DNA of 32,000 nt from Sinorhizobium meliloti. GTDB lineage: Bacteria > Pseudomonadota > Alphaproteobacteria > Rhizobiales > Rhizobiaceae. The notes under the pieces were generated by a model. It had not been told where the DNA came from, ran no database searches, and saw only the letters and a program-made list of their open reading frames with translations. A program made the translations under genes and the position numbers. The stretch is from positions 1,410,001 to 1,442,000 of the forward strand of contig NZ_JAGIOS010000003.1 of the NCBI RefSeq assembly GCF_017876815.1. Direction: 5' to 3'. This document shows positions 8,623 to 18,155 of the stretch, one piece after another. Every line of letters starts with the position of its first letter. Within the stretch, counting starts at the first letter, position 1.

Positions 8623-10551
8623 TCACGGCGTGTACCAGATGGGCGAGGTGAACGCCCTTTCCTGTGTCACCATCGGCACGTTGTCGGCCATCTTCACGCC
8701 AAAGCGCTTGGCGTCGTAGGCCGTCCAGCGCGGCGTGGGAATTTCGAGGACGCGTGCGTAGTAGAAGGCGCGCAGCGCGGGATCGAATTCCGGATCGGTC
8801 CAGACTGTGATCAGCTCGGGATCGCCGATCGTATTCGTCCAGACGGCGTTTGCGACATCGACGGTATTGCCGACCGCCGGCAGCTTGCCGTCGGCGCCCG
8901 GTCGGCGCTTGTCGGCGTCGCCCCAGACCACGTCGAAGATCTTCTCCTGCGTGTTGCCGTCCTTGTCGACCCAGCCCTTGATGATCTGGATGCGGTCGAG
9001 ATTGCCGCCGAACGGGTCCTTGAGCGCCGCGACCAGGAACGTGGGCGATTTGCCCTCTGGAGCCTTGTGCAAGTCGCCGCCCATCGGCACGCCCTTGCCG
9101 TAGCCGACCTCCGCCGGGGTTCGGCTATCGGCGTCGGCGGAAACGAAGTCGAAGCCGCCGAAGAAGCGCACGAGCATGCGAGAGCCGCTCGTCGAATAGG
9201 TTTCCTTGCGCTTCATGGCGTCCCAGAGCGCCTCTCGCGTATTCTCCGTCGCCCAGACGCCGGTATAACCGGCCGCGACCACCTGCCATCCCTTCATGGA
9301 CCGCTCGCCGAACTTGATCGCGTCTTCGCTCCAGCGTTCGGGGCGCGGCTCGCAGCTCACGAACTTGCAGAAGTAATTGTCCTCCTCCATGGCGGCCAGC
9401 CCGGTGTGCGCGTCGCTGCCGGAAGCGAGTCCGAACTTGAACGGGTTGACTCCGAGCTCCGCTTCTAGCTTGAGGCCGTTCTTCAGCGCCTCGCGCGCGT
9501 ATTCCTGCTCGATCATGCCCGGTTGCTTGCGCACGAGTGCGAGGTTGCCGATATCCCAGAGTTCGTAACCGACGGCGAACTCGTCTGTCGGCGACAGCGA
9601 GGGATGCGACTCGCTCTGGCCCTTTGTCTGGATCGCCTCGACTAGCGGCTCCCATCGAATACGTGCCTCCGCCCACTCCTTAGTCAGCGGCCCCCCGGTG
9701 AAGGTCTTTAGCTCGAACATTCGGCCGTTGGAGAGGTTGCCGTTGTGTGGGATGGCAAGGAGCGAGCCGCCGGTCTTGTCCTCCCAGTTGGCCATCCACT
9801 TCCAGAGGTCCTCCGGATTCTCGCTCTGGAAGGTGGTGTAGGGGATCATCTGGTCGCCCTTGTCGCTACCGTCGCGGTAGATGACGTTGCGATGCAAATT
9901 GTTGCCGCCGCCCGCGTTCGACGTCCATTCATAGGCTATGAAGGCGGTAAACCGCCCAGGCTCATTGTATTATTCCATGATCGCGCTGTTCTTCAGCCAG
10001 ACGGACTTCGCGAATTTGGGATCCATAATGCTGGCCGGAAGCTGCTTGTTGGCCTGCGCGTTGATCAGCTCCATCGTCGCCGCAGCGGCCTGCTCCGGCC
10101 CCGCCAGCATCATGTCGTGCCAGCGCTTCTGCACCGGATCGGCCATCAACTCGGGATTGCCGGCCTTGATCTCGGAAATCACGCCCATGCCGTCAGAATG
10201 GTCGGTGACGGCGATCCAGTCGAGCGGTCTGCCGAGCTTGGCTGGCTGGCCGGTACTGGACAGAACCTCTTCGCCGCGGGCGAAGCGCACCGCGTCCTCC
10301 GGCGTCAGCGTCGCACCGGACATGCCGGCGTCCACCGACCAGCCGGTATGCACATGCTCGTCGCCCCAGAAGACCTGGGCCGGATAGTTACGTCCTGCAT
10401 AGGGCGAGTAGCCCGGCTTCTTGAAAAATTTCTGCACCGTCGCGGGATCGATCTGGCCCGCGTCCATCAGGGTTTCTTGCCCCATGGCCGACGAGGAGAC
10501 GACAAGGATAAGCGCGGATACAGCGCTGCACGAAAGACGTGATTTCAGCAT
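8623..10551 (-). pseudogene. DUF3604-family paralog interrupted by an in-frame TAA at 9970-9972
   Basis: ORFs 9970-10551 and 8623-9897 are in the same frame. The reading is ...[38 protein letters not shown]..., which aligns with ...[29 protein letters not shown] of the intact copy. The stop replaces a Lys codon. Confidence 0.8.
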
Positions 10552-11254
10552 GCCCGATCCCCCAACAAGAACCCACGGCGTACCGGAAGATTAAGGTAGC
10601 CGCCAAAATGCCCGATCCAAAAGTTCGAAAACGGCGCGGCCGTTAGCCAGCAAGAGGGAGCAGCATATCACTCGGCCTCCTCGATAGCACGCGGCGACGC
10701 CCAGAAGGATGATGGTAGCCGAATGTCTCACGGAAAGTTGACGCTGCGATAGTTGGCGATCCGCCCGCCAGAACAACGTCAGGCCGGCCTGGTGGCGCGG
10801 ATTTGCTTGCTTGTCGCTCAGCTTTCCTCTCCCTGACTGCTCTGAATGAATGCACATGCATGGTGACGGCATCACCCTCTGGTGTCCGAGCCACTTCGGT
10901 CGGAACAGGCCGTTCGTTAATGAATGCAGATTTGCCGTCACTCTCTCTTTGGCGCCTCGGCTGTTTTTCTAATGGCCATTCTATGAAGTTCAAGTCGCGG
11001 CGATATTGTACTTTGGGGAAGAGTACGTCCTGAATGCGTGGACGGGCAAATGATGGGGACGATCCAACTTTCAATCCGAAGCATTCCCCACGAGCTCGCA
11101 ATCAACGATCCCAAGGGTCAGGAGTTCTGGTCCGGCCGAAGGGCTGCTACCTGGTGGAGAATTGGGCTCATGAAAGGCAGCTTAGGGTCCATACTTTGCC
11201 ATAGCTCTTCTCCGAAACGAAGGGCAGAGAAGGGTCGGAAGCGGTCTCCGCAAG

Positions 11255-13354
11255 CTATTCGGCCGCCACGCCAACTTCGACGGGATCAGGCACCGTCGCG
11301 CTGAAGATGTCCATGATGTTGCGCCGCTTGGTCGGAGACTTGTCGCCAAGCTTCTCGGCCTTCATCTCGACCACCTCCCTGAGCTGCGCGGCCTTTGGTT
11401 TGAGACCTTCCTCGATGGCCCTTATCCGGGCTTCCATTGCATCCAGGCTTGGAGATGCTTCCGCACCACCAGTGTTTGCAGCTGTCGCCTTAGCGCTCGG
11501 GCGCAGCGCCTTTCTATTGACGGTGCGCTTGGCAGGCGTTGACGGCATATCGTCTGCTGCAGGCTCTTCCTTGACCGCAGCCGACTGGATAGCCGCGGCC
11601 GCCACTGGCTTTTCTTCCTTTTCTATTGCTGACGAGGGAATTTCGACCGAAGGCTCTCCCCCCTTGGCATATTCCGGAGTTGTCGCCGGAACGGGTTTCG
11701 GTGATAGATAATCAACTTCCGGCACCCGCGGAATGTTGGCCTGAGAAAACGCCTCGGCTGATTTGAAGGGCTGCGTCTGGAAGAAGCGAAGCTTTTCACC
11801 GAAGATCGGCCGTTGTCCTTCGATGAGCAGGATCATCTTGTTCTCTGGCATTTGCCGGACCTCCTGCGGCATCATCAGATCGCGTTCGCGAATCTGCTCC
11901 ACCTTCGTGCGGCGAGGCAGGCCCATCAATTCGATCGTGCGGGATTCCGACTGGTAGCGGATGGTGCGCTTTCCGAGCGCGCGTGATGCATACTCGGCCG
12001 TGGCCTGATCGTTGGCGCCGAGGACGAGCTGATAGCCACAATTGCCGAGCAGGGAATGCCGGGAGGTTTCGCCATAGATCTCATCGAGGTTCTTCAGATC
12101 CTGGATGATGAAGGCGAGCTTGATATTATAGCCAGCCACATAGGGCAGCTTGGTCATGATCTCGTCCATTCGCTTCAACTGCCGGAACTCGTCGAGCAGG
12201 AAGTAGACGGGGAGCGAATTGGGATCGTGCTCAAGCGTGAGAATATCCATCACCTGCTGCACGAAAAGCGTGAGGAGAGGGCGCAGCAGGGTGATGTCGG
12301 TGATGTTCGGCGCCAGGTAGATCGAGATCGGCCGGCGCTTCATTGCGCGAAGATCCATGTCCGTGACATTGGTCGCGGCAACAATCCTCTCGTTCTTGAA
12401 AGGCCGCATCGCCTTTTGAATGTCCAAGAGAGCAGACGCGGCGGCGCGTTCCGATAGAGCGATGTAGGAATTGAAGCTCTCGACTGTGAACTTCGAAAGG
12501 TAGGGCTCTTTCTCCTTGATGTATTTCATGAGCGCCTGGAGATCGACGCCGCTATTAAAAAAGGAATTGACCTCGGCGAGGTTGCGCCGGTCTTTGTAGA
12601 AGGGGCTTTCCGTGATGTAGCTGATGGCGCCGGCAAGGACCTGTTGCGCGGTCGCTTGCCACACGGAATTTTCCGATGCCGTGTTCTCGGGCACAAGAAT
12701 GCTGGCGATGTTTTGAATGTCGGTCGTGCGATTGCCGCGCTGCGGCCGGATAAAGTCCAACGGGTTATAGCTGCTGGTCTTTTCGGAGCCAGGCGCGAAT
12801 AGGAAGACTTGGCTGCCGTTCTCGCGGCGATAACCCGCGGTCGCCTTGAACACTTCGCCCTTGAGATCGGTAACGATCATTGAGCCTTCGTGCATCAGCG
12901 CATTGGGGATCACATAGCCCGCGCCTTTACCGGAGCGTGTCGGGCCAATGATCAGATGATGCCGATCGTCCCTGGTGCGGAGTATGTTCCGCCCGACCCG
13001 GCCGAAGATGTGTCCCTGTTTGCGGAACCATTTTCCCCGCCGTAGCGAAGCCATGTCCTGAAACGCGGCATCCCCCAATGGGCTGCTCGTCGGTTTCAGT
13101 CCGATGCAGGCGACAAGGCCCGCCACCAGCATCGCCGGTACCAGCGAACCAAGCGCGACCTTCTGCAGGGCAGGGCTGGTTTTGTAGTGCCAGAACTGTT
13201 GAATCGGAGCGAAGGGATTGCTCGTGATCGTCGTTTCGAGGATCCGACCGTCCTTATAGAAGAGCTGAAGCCCCAGGCCGTACCCGAGCATCCAGACAAC
13301 GAACGCTATCCCGACGCAAAAGAGCAGGTAGAACGCCTGGAGCTGCTTCGTCAT
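11255..13354 (-). CDS. virD4: type IV coupling protein VirD4/TraG
   Basis: 699 aa. Two N-terminal TM helices, Walker A GPTRSGKGAG, Walker B-like VYFLLDEF. Ala/Pro/Glu/Lys-rich C-terminal tail of about 140 aa. ATGA overlap with the virB11 stop. Confidence 0.93.
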   Translation of the reverse strand: MTKQLQAFYLLFCVGIAFVVWMLGYGLGLQLFYKDGRILETTITSNPFAPIQQFWHYKTSPALQKVALGSLVPAMLVAGLVACIGLKPTSSPLGDAAFQDMASLRRGKWFRKQGHIFGRVGRNILRTRDDRHHLIIGPTRSGKGAGYVIPNALMHEGSMIVTDLKGEVFKATAGYRRENGSQVFLFAPGSEKTSSYNPLDFIRPQRGNRTTDIQNIASILVPENTASENSVWQATAQQVLAGAISYITESPFYKDRRNLAEVNSFFNSGVDLQALMKYIKEKEPYLSKFTVESFNSYIALSERAAASALLDIQKAMRPFKNERIVAATNVTDMDLRAMKRRPISIYLAPNITDITLLRPLLTLFVQQVMDILTLEHDPNSLPVYFLLDEFRQLKRMDEIMTKLPYVAGYNIKLAFIIQDLKNLDEIYGETSRHSLLGNCGYQLVLGANDQATAEYASRALGKRTIRYQSESRTIELMGLPRRTKVEQIRERDLMMPQEVRQMPENKMILLIEGQRPIFGEKLRFFQTQPFKSAEAFSQANIPRVPEVDYLSPKPVPATTPEYAKGGEPSVEIPSSAIEKEEKPVAAAAIQSAAVKEEPAADDMPSTPAKRTVNRKALRPSAKATAANTGGAEASPSLDAMEARIRAIEEGLKPKAAQLREVVEMKAEKLGDKSPTKRRNIMDIFSATVPDPVEVGVAAE

Positions 13355-14379
13355 GACTCATCCCGGGCGAAGAAGATCTCAGAGACGCCGCGCTTGCCGC
13401 CTTCACGGCGCAGCTGTATGACGATCGGGATGACCATCTGGATATACGACATCAGATCCTGCTTCGAAAAACCCGCCGACATACCGGCTTGCTGCATCAT
13501 CATGGCGAGCTGTTCATAAGCACCCATCGGCGTATCGGCGTGAACCGTCGACATGCTGCCGGGATGGCCGGTGTTGATTGCCCGGAGGAAGGAAAAAGCC
13601 TCTGCACCCCGAATTTCACCGACGAACAGGCGATCCGGCCGCATGCGTAGCGATGACTCGAGTAGGCTTTGAATGGTCACGTCCGCTGTGCCCTGGTCGC
13701 CCTTCGACGCGATCAGATGAACGGCATTTGCTTGCGGTGGGAAGAGCTCACGCGTGTCCTCGAGCGTGATGATCCGCTCATGCGGATCGACGCTCTTCAG
13801 GCAGGCATTGAGGAAGGTCGTTTTGCCGGAGGAAGTGCCGCCACTGATCAGGATAGAGACCCGCTTGGTGATGGCGGTATGGATGAAATCGTAAATCCGA
13901 TTGGCGCGCAGATGCCTTATCAGCTCGCGATCAATGTCGCTGAGGCCGCCGACGGCCACAGAGACCTTATCGAGCGAACCGTTGTCGCGAAACTCCTCGA
14001 GCGTGAAGTTATTGACCACCTGCTTCCGGATCGAGATCGAGCCACCTTCGGGTGCCGCCGGCGGCAAGACGATCTGGATACGCTCGCCGGTCGGAAGCGC
14101 GGCGCTGAGGATTGGCTTCGAGCGGCTGATGAACTGGTTCGTGGCAGCCGCAACACGCTCGCCGATGTTCTGGATTTCATCACCCGTCAGGGCGTTGATT
14201 AGATGATGCTCCATGTAATCGGCGCCAAACCGCTCCACATAGACATGGCCCGGTTTGTTGACGGCGATTTCCACCACCCTCGGATCGTCGATAAATTCCC
14301 TGATCGGTTCGAGAGCGCGGTTGAGGAAATAATGGGGATCGCGCTTGATCGTAGTGGCGTTACCTCCGGCGACGTTCAC
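13351..14379 (-). CDS. virB11: VirB11 secretion ATPase
   Basis: 342 aa. Walker A GGTSSGKTT and the RPDRLFVGEIRG..E motif. GTG start 7 nt after AAGGAG, overlapping the virB10 3' end. Confidence 0.93.
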   Translation of the reverse strand: MNVAGGNATTIKRDPHYFLNRALEPIREFIDDPRVVEIAVNKPGHVYVERFGADYMEHHLINALTGDEIQNIGERVAAATNQFISRSKPILSAALPTGERIQIVLPPAAPEGGSISIRKQVVNNFTLEEFRDNGSLDKVSVAVGGLSDIDRELIRHLRANRIYDFIHTAITKRVSILISGGTSSGKTTFLNACLKSVDPHERIITLEDTRELFPPQANAVHLIASKGDQGTADVTIQSLLESSLRMRPDRLFVGEIRGAEAFSFLRAINTGHPGSMSTVHADTPMGAYEQLAMMMQQAGMSAGFSKQDLMSYIQMVIPIVIQLRREGGKRGVSEIFFARDES

Positions 14380-15571
14380 GTTGGATCTCCTTCATCGCTT
14401 TGGTGACCGGGTCGTCATACATGGCACTGAAATCGAGGTCCTGGCGTACGTAGACAAAGATCCGCTCGCCCTGGCTGACGCTGATGGTGGGAGGAATGCG
14501 CAGGTTTTCGCTCAAGGCCTGGTTCGCCATATCCGAGAAGGTCTCGGCGATGGTTTCGCGGGCGAGCTCCTCGCCACGTTGTGCCTCTCTGTTGTTGTCG
14601 CCGAACGCCTCGTCGCTTCCGTAGCCGGTCAGGAAGCTGGCGCCGGCGCCGACGACGGAAAGCATGATTGCGGAGCCGAACCGCTCGCGCCATTTGTTGT
14701 CGACGTGGCCGGTCAAGCCCGAGCGCCCCAAGCTATCCGTGCCGATGGAGTTGAGGCGCACCGACACGCCGTCGTCGCGAATGAGCCGGGTCCAGATAAC
14801 AAAAATCCGTTTTTGCCCGCGGGTGATCTCGGACTGGTATTCGCCAATGAGGCGCGTTCCAGTCGGAATGAGGATGCGCCGCCCGTCAAAGGAATAGACG
14901 TCCTGCGACGTGATCGCACGAATCTGGCCGGGGAGATCGCTGTTGATCGCGGTCTCGAGGATGCCGGAGATCAACGTCCCCTCCGGTATCAGGGCGTCGA
15001 TGCGTTCGATTTGCCGAGCCTTTGCGCTCCGATCGGCGAGACTCGAGGCCGCAGCCAGGTACTTGCTGTTGCGGTCCTCGCCAGCGACACTCAGCCCGGA
15101 ATCGTCCTCGCCTGGAAATCCGCCGTTGCCGTTCCCATTGCCTTTCTGATCAAGCGAGATCAGGCCCGACTTATAGCGTTCGGGAAACTCTTCGACGGGC
15201 GCAGCCTCAGGCGTGTATTCAACCACCTCCGGCGGGGGAGGAACCTTGAACTCGGTTGTATCAACGGGCGTTTCTTGAACCGGCTCAGGTGGCGGCGGCA
15301 GATTGATGACTGCAGGTTCTATCTCCGGCTTCGGCTCTTCTTGCTCACGCACGAATGACGGCGGCCGGAAGGTGGTCGTCTGAAATTCTTCGTCGCTATC
15401 GACGACATCACGCGGCTTTTCTCCTGCCGTGGCAAGCACGAAATAGGCGGCGACAGCGCCCCCCAGGAGCAGGGCAGCCATGCCGATGGTTTGATTGCGT
15501 CCAGCGTTTCTGTTGCTGACGGCCGTTTCATCGGCCGCCGTCATGGCCTCAAGTTCGGGACTGCGCTTCAT
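14360..15571 (-). CDS. virB10: VirB10/TrbI
   Basis: 403 aa. A TM helix, a Pro-rich linker (PPPPEPVQETPV..PPPPEVV), and a TrbI/VirB10 C-domain (GTRLIGEYQSE.., DSLGRSGLTGHVDNKW). TAATG junction with virB9. Confidence 0.9.
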   Translation of the reverse strand: MKRSPELEAMTAADETAVSNRNAGRNQTIGMAALLLGGAVAAYFVLATAGEKPRDVVDSDEEFQTTTFRPPSFVREQEEPKPEIEPAVINLPPPPEPVQETPVDTTEFKVPPPPEVVEYTPEAAPVEEFPERYKSGLISLDQKGNGNGNGGFPGEDDSGLSVAGEDRNSKYLAAASSLADRSAKARQIERIDALIPEGTLISGILETAINSDLPGQIRAITSQDVYSFDGRRILIPTGTRLIGEYQSEITRGQKRIFVIWTRLIRDDGVSVRLNSIGTDSLGRSGLTGHVDNKWRERFGSAIMLSVVGAGASFLTGYGSDEAFGDNNREAQRGEELARETIAETFSDMANQALSENLRIPPTISVSQGERIFVYVRQDLDFSAMYDDPVTKAMKEIQRERRRR

Positions 15572-16380
15572 TAATTGCCGCTCCTCCTACGTTTCGTCGC
15601 CTTGGCATCAGGAGCCGGACCGAGAATGGCAGGATCCGGAGCGCCGAAGTCGGGCTTGCGAAGGTTAAAGATGCAGGTCCATTGATTGCCCTCGCGCAGC
15701 GTGTATTGCGTCGCGACACCATCGACGACGATGTATTCGCCCTCCTTTCGGAAATTGCGCAGCGTCTCGGAAAAGTCGGCCTGGACGGCAAAAATCGCCG
15801 GGACCCGGCTGCCGAACTTGAAGAAGGTCTTTTTCCCGTCGTCGAAGATCACCAAGGGCTTCAACGCCGGATCACCGGAAAACGAATAGTCGATGTTGAT
15901 GTTGGCCTTATCGACATTCGACATGTTCGGGTTTGCCGCCCGGTACTCAGCTTCCTTGCGAAGCGCGGCATTTAGATCCTTCTCCGGATAGACGAAACGG
16001 ATTCCGAACACCTGCTTGCCATCGGACGGAGCATGGTCGTTGAGCTCGAGGAAATAGATCCTCTTGCTGGTCACAACATTCATGTTGGTGGCGACGTTCT
16101 TTGCGATCGGCTTCACGAACAGAATGTTGCCCTTCTCGGAAGGGGCAACCTGCCAACTGTCGGTGTCGCCAAGTGAGATCGTTTCGAACTTTTCGTCCTC
16201 ATCAAAGATGATCATGGTGGAGATGCCGTAGGTGGCAGCGACCTTCACCACGTTATTGGACTGATAGACGACGCTGGTTACGCGCGAATCGAGGTTGCCC
16301 GGGCGAGGTGCCTGCGCAGCATGCGCGTGAGTCATCATCGCGGCCGCGCAGGCCGCGGAAAGCAGGAGGCGTTTGATCAT
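15571..16380 (-). CDS. virB9: VirB9/TrbG
   Basis: 269 aa. Signal peptide and a VirB9-like beta-rich sequence (..VVTSKRIYFLEL.., ..DDGKKTFFKF..). ATGA overlap with virB8. Confidence 0.9.
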   Translation of the reverse strand: MIKRLLLSAACAAAMMTHAHAAQAPRPGNLDSRVTSVVYQSNNVVKVAATYGISTMIIFDEDEKFETISLGDTDSWQVAPSEKGNILFVKPIAKNVATNMNVVTSKRIYFLELNDHAPSDGKQVFGIRFVYPEKDLNAALRKEAEYRAANPNMSNVDKANINIDYSFSGDPALKPLVIFDDGKKTFFKFGSRVPAIFAVQADFSETLRNFRKEGEYIVVDGVATQYTLREGNQWTCIFNLRKPDFGAPDPAILGPAPDAKATKRRRSGN

Positions 16381-17072
16381 TCTTCACCTCCAGGCGTAAC
16401 CGTTTCTTGATCGCGACGGTAGTTGTAGACCTGAAAGCCCAAGGGGTTCTCAAAACGCCATTCGTTGGTCGCCGGCGTGTCCGTATAGCGATAGCGAACG
16501 ACTGAAATGTAGTGACGCACGATCGAATCCGTGTCCGATTTCTCGGTCGTGGAAAAACGGACCAAGGCCGTGCTCGCATTGGAGAAGGTGACGGACTTTA
16601 TGTCGACCGTGACCTTCTTGTTCTTGCCGAGGACTTTTGCGGGATTGCTGGGATTTGCGGCGCTGTAAAGCTCCTGCAGCTCGCGGGCTGCATCATCAGT
16701 GGAGAGTAGGGCGGCGATGCCGAAATTCTGCTCGATCGCGAAGGGGTCGTAGCCTTCGCGAGATCGGATATAGCGCACGACGTTCGCCTGCGTGACCGCC
16801 TGTTGGTCAGTCAGCTTGGCAGACCTGGTTAGACCGGTTTTTACCTCCATATAGCCGGTGTTCTTATCGACCTCGACGATGTAGGGCTCAAAGCTCTTCA
16901 GCGGAACGAGCATCACCAATGCGGTCAGCGACAGCAGGGTAATTGCGCCGAAAATCAATGTGACGAACCATGCGAGCGAGCGCGATCGCTTGGCCTTTTT
17001 GACGATCTCCTGTTCCCAACGATCGCCGTCCTGAAAGTAGCTCCGAAGAGCTGCGTCATTCGTTTCTGCCAT
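16377..17072 (-). CDS. virB8: VirB8
   Basis: 231 aa. One N-terminal TM helix (WFVTLIFGAITLLSLTALVMLV) and a VirB8 periplasmic domain (FEPYIVEVDKNTG.., VVRYIRSREGYD). Confidence 0.9.
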   Translation of the reverse strand: MAETNDAALRSYFQDGDRWEQEIVKKAKRSRSLAWFVTLIFGAITLLSLTALVMLVPLKSFEPYIVEVDKNTGYMEVKTGLTRSAKLTDQQAVTQANVVRYIRSREGYDPFAIEQNFGIAALLSTDDAARELQELYSAANPSNPAKVLGKNKKVTVDIKSVTFSNASTALVRFSTTEKSDTDSIVRHYISVVRYRYTDTPATNEWRFENPLGFQVYNYRRDQETVTPGGEE

Positions 17073-17075
17073 TCG

Positions 17076-17101
17076 ATCTAGCCCTTACATCTAGCCCTTA
17101 A
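17076..17101. repeat. 13-bp tandem duplication ATCTAGCCCTTA(C/A) x2 in the virB6-virB8 spacer
   Basis: 17076-17088 and 17089-17101 differ only at the last base. On the coding strand the sequence reads TTAAGGGCTAGATGTAAGGGCTAGAT-CGA-ATG(virB8). Confidence 0.9.
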
Positions 17102-17111
17102 ATTCGCGTCC

Positions 17112-18140
17112 TCAGCGAGGCATGCTGTTGCTGCTAATGCGGTTCTGCATCGCCTCCGCAGCGGCGTTGCGAATATTGGTTCTCATGCCTTCCTGGGTAC
17201 GTGCCCTGGCTTGCATCCCGGCGTTGCCAATTGATGCCGCCAGTCGTTGTCCGCCCGACAGGGCGGATACTGGTCCTGATATGCCTGCAAATCGGCCGAC
17301 GGCGCGCGCAACGTTGCCAATCCCGGCGGCCACGCCACCGGTAATGCCCTGCGCGAGAACCTGAATGTTGAAGAGTACAAATGCGCCCGCGGCGCAAAGC
17401 AGCAGGAAAGCGGAAATGTCGCTAAGCTGAAGTTCCCGTTGGTTTGCAGCGCTCGTGACCTTTGTCAGTTCCGGGTCCATGGCTGAGATCAGGAATGCAG
17501 CCACGACGTAGACGAATAGCGGGATTAGCGCATACATCAGCACCTGCTGGAACCAGGCGACGCCCATGCCTCTTGTCTGTTCGAAGAGCATGCAGCCGAT
17601 GAAGATCGGTGCGGTCCCGATCAGCACCCACATCATCACCTTGGCAAGGAGTAGGATCGCCAGAGCCACTGCAATGAAAACCGCCACCGCAAGCATGATC
17701 AGAAAACCGATCATGGACGGCAGCACCGCAAAATAACCGGACTGTTCCGCAAAGGCAGAAGCGGCCTCGTTTGCCGTCTTCCAGATCATCGAAAGGCCGT
17801 TTGTCGGCTCTGTGATTCCGGTGCCTGTGGCGGTCAGGATCGCCCGGCCGACGTCCTCTGGCGTGTTGTTCAGCCAGGAATAGAAAAGCGTGTTGAAATA
17901 GTTCCACTCCCTGACCAGCGCCAGAATGATCAGCATACGGGCTACGCGGCCAATGATCTCGCTGACGCTGACGCGAGCCGTTCCCATGAAAAGCTGGAGG
18001 CCGTAGTAGCCCACATATGCAATGAACATGATGGTGAGCAGCGGCACGATCTCATCGCCGACAATCCCATAGGCCCGGGAAGAAAAATTCGCGCCGGTCT
18101 GTTCAATTCTGTCCAGCAGATCGCCTAGAAAATCGTGCAT
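17112..18140 (-). CDS. virB6: VirB6/TrbL polytopic inner-membrane protein
   Basis: 342 aa with at least 6 hydrophobic helices. Lies in the VirB6 position of the operon and has a Gly/Ala-rich C-terminal tail. Confidence 0.85.
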   Translation of the reverse strand: MHDFLGDLLDRIEQTGANFSSRAYGIVGDEIVPLLTIMFIAYVGYYGLQLFMGTARVSVSEIIGRVARMLIILALVREWNYFNTLFYSWLNNTPEDVGRAILTATGTGITEPTNGLSMIWKTANEAASAFAEQSGYFAVLPSMIGFLIMLAVAVFIAVALAILLLAKVMMWVLIGTAPIFIGCMLFEQTRGMGVAWFQQVLMYALIPLFVYVVAAFLISAMDPELTKVTSAANQRELQLSDISAFLLLCAAGAFVLFNIQVLAQGITGGVAAGIGNVARAVGRFAGISGPVSALSGGQRLAASIGNAGMQARARTQEGMRTNIRNAAAEAMQNRISSNSMPR

Positions 18141-18155
18141 CGTTGCAAATTGTCC

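Noticed and set aside
9970-9972. Possible programmed recoding (Sec/Pyl or readthrough) at the in-frame stop in the DUF3604 paralog
   Set aside because: The codon is TAA, not TGA or TAG. I saw no SECIS-like or PYLIS-like structure, and the paralog has an ordinary Lys there. A point mutation or sequencing error is the simpler explanation.
9745-10542. 265-aa + strand ORF
   Set aside because: Antisense to the DUF3604 paralog and non-protein-like (Arg/Gly/His-rich).
10552-10800. Cobalamin or Ni/Co riboswitch upstream of the DUF3604/HupE-like operon
   Set aside because: I read the reverse complement of the leader and found no B12-box-like element (GCCACTG context) or other conserved riboswitch core that I could recognise. 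An Infernal scan is still needed.
10845-10928. 10-bp direct repeat AATGAATGCA (10845-10854 and 10919-10928)
   Set aside because: A single 10-mer repeated once within a 700-bp AT-richer region is roughly what chance predicts (order 0.2 expected), and it has no flanking symmetry.
10643-11101. 152-aa minus-strand ORF, and the ORFs at 10591-10941 and 11038-11304
   Set aside because: No SD, odd composition, mutually overlapping frames and no recognisable motifs. I treat the region as non-coding pending BLASTX.
14345-15358. 337-aa + strand ORF
   Set aside because: Fully antisense to virB10, which has clear family motifs. Its Arg/Ala/Gly-rich composition is typical of antisense frames in about 60% GC DNA.
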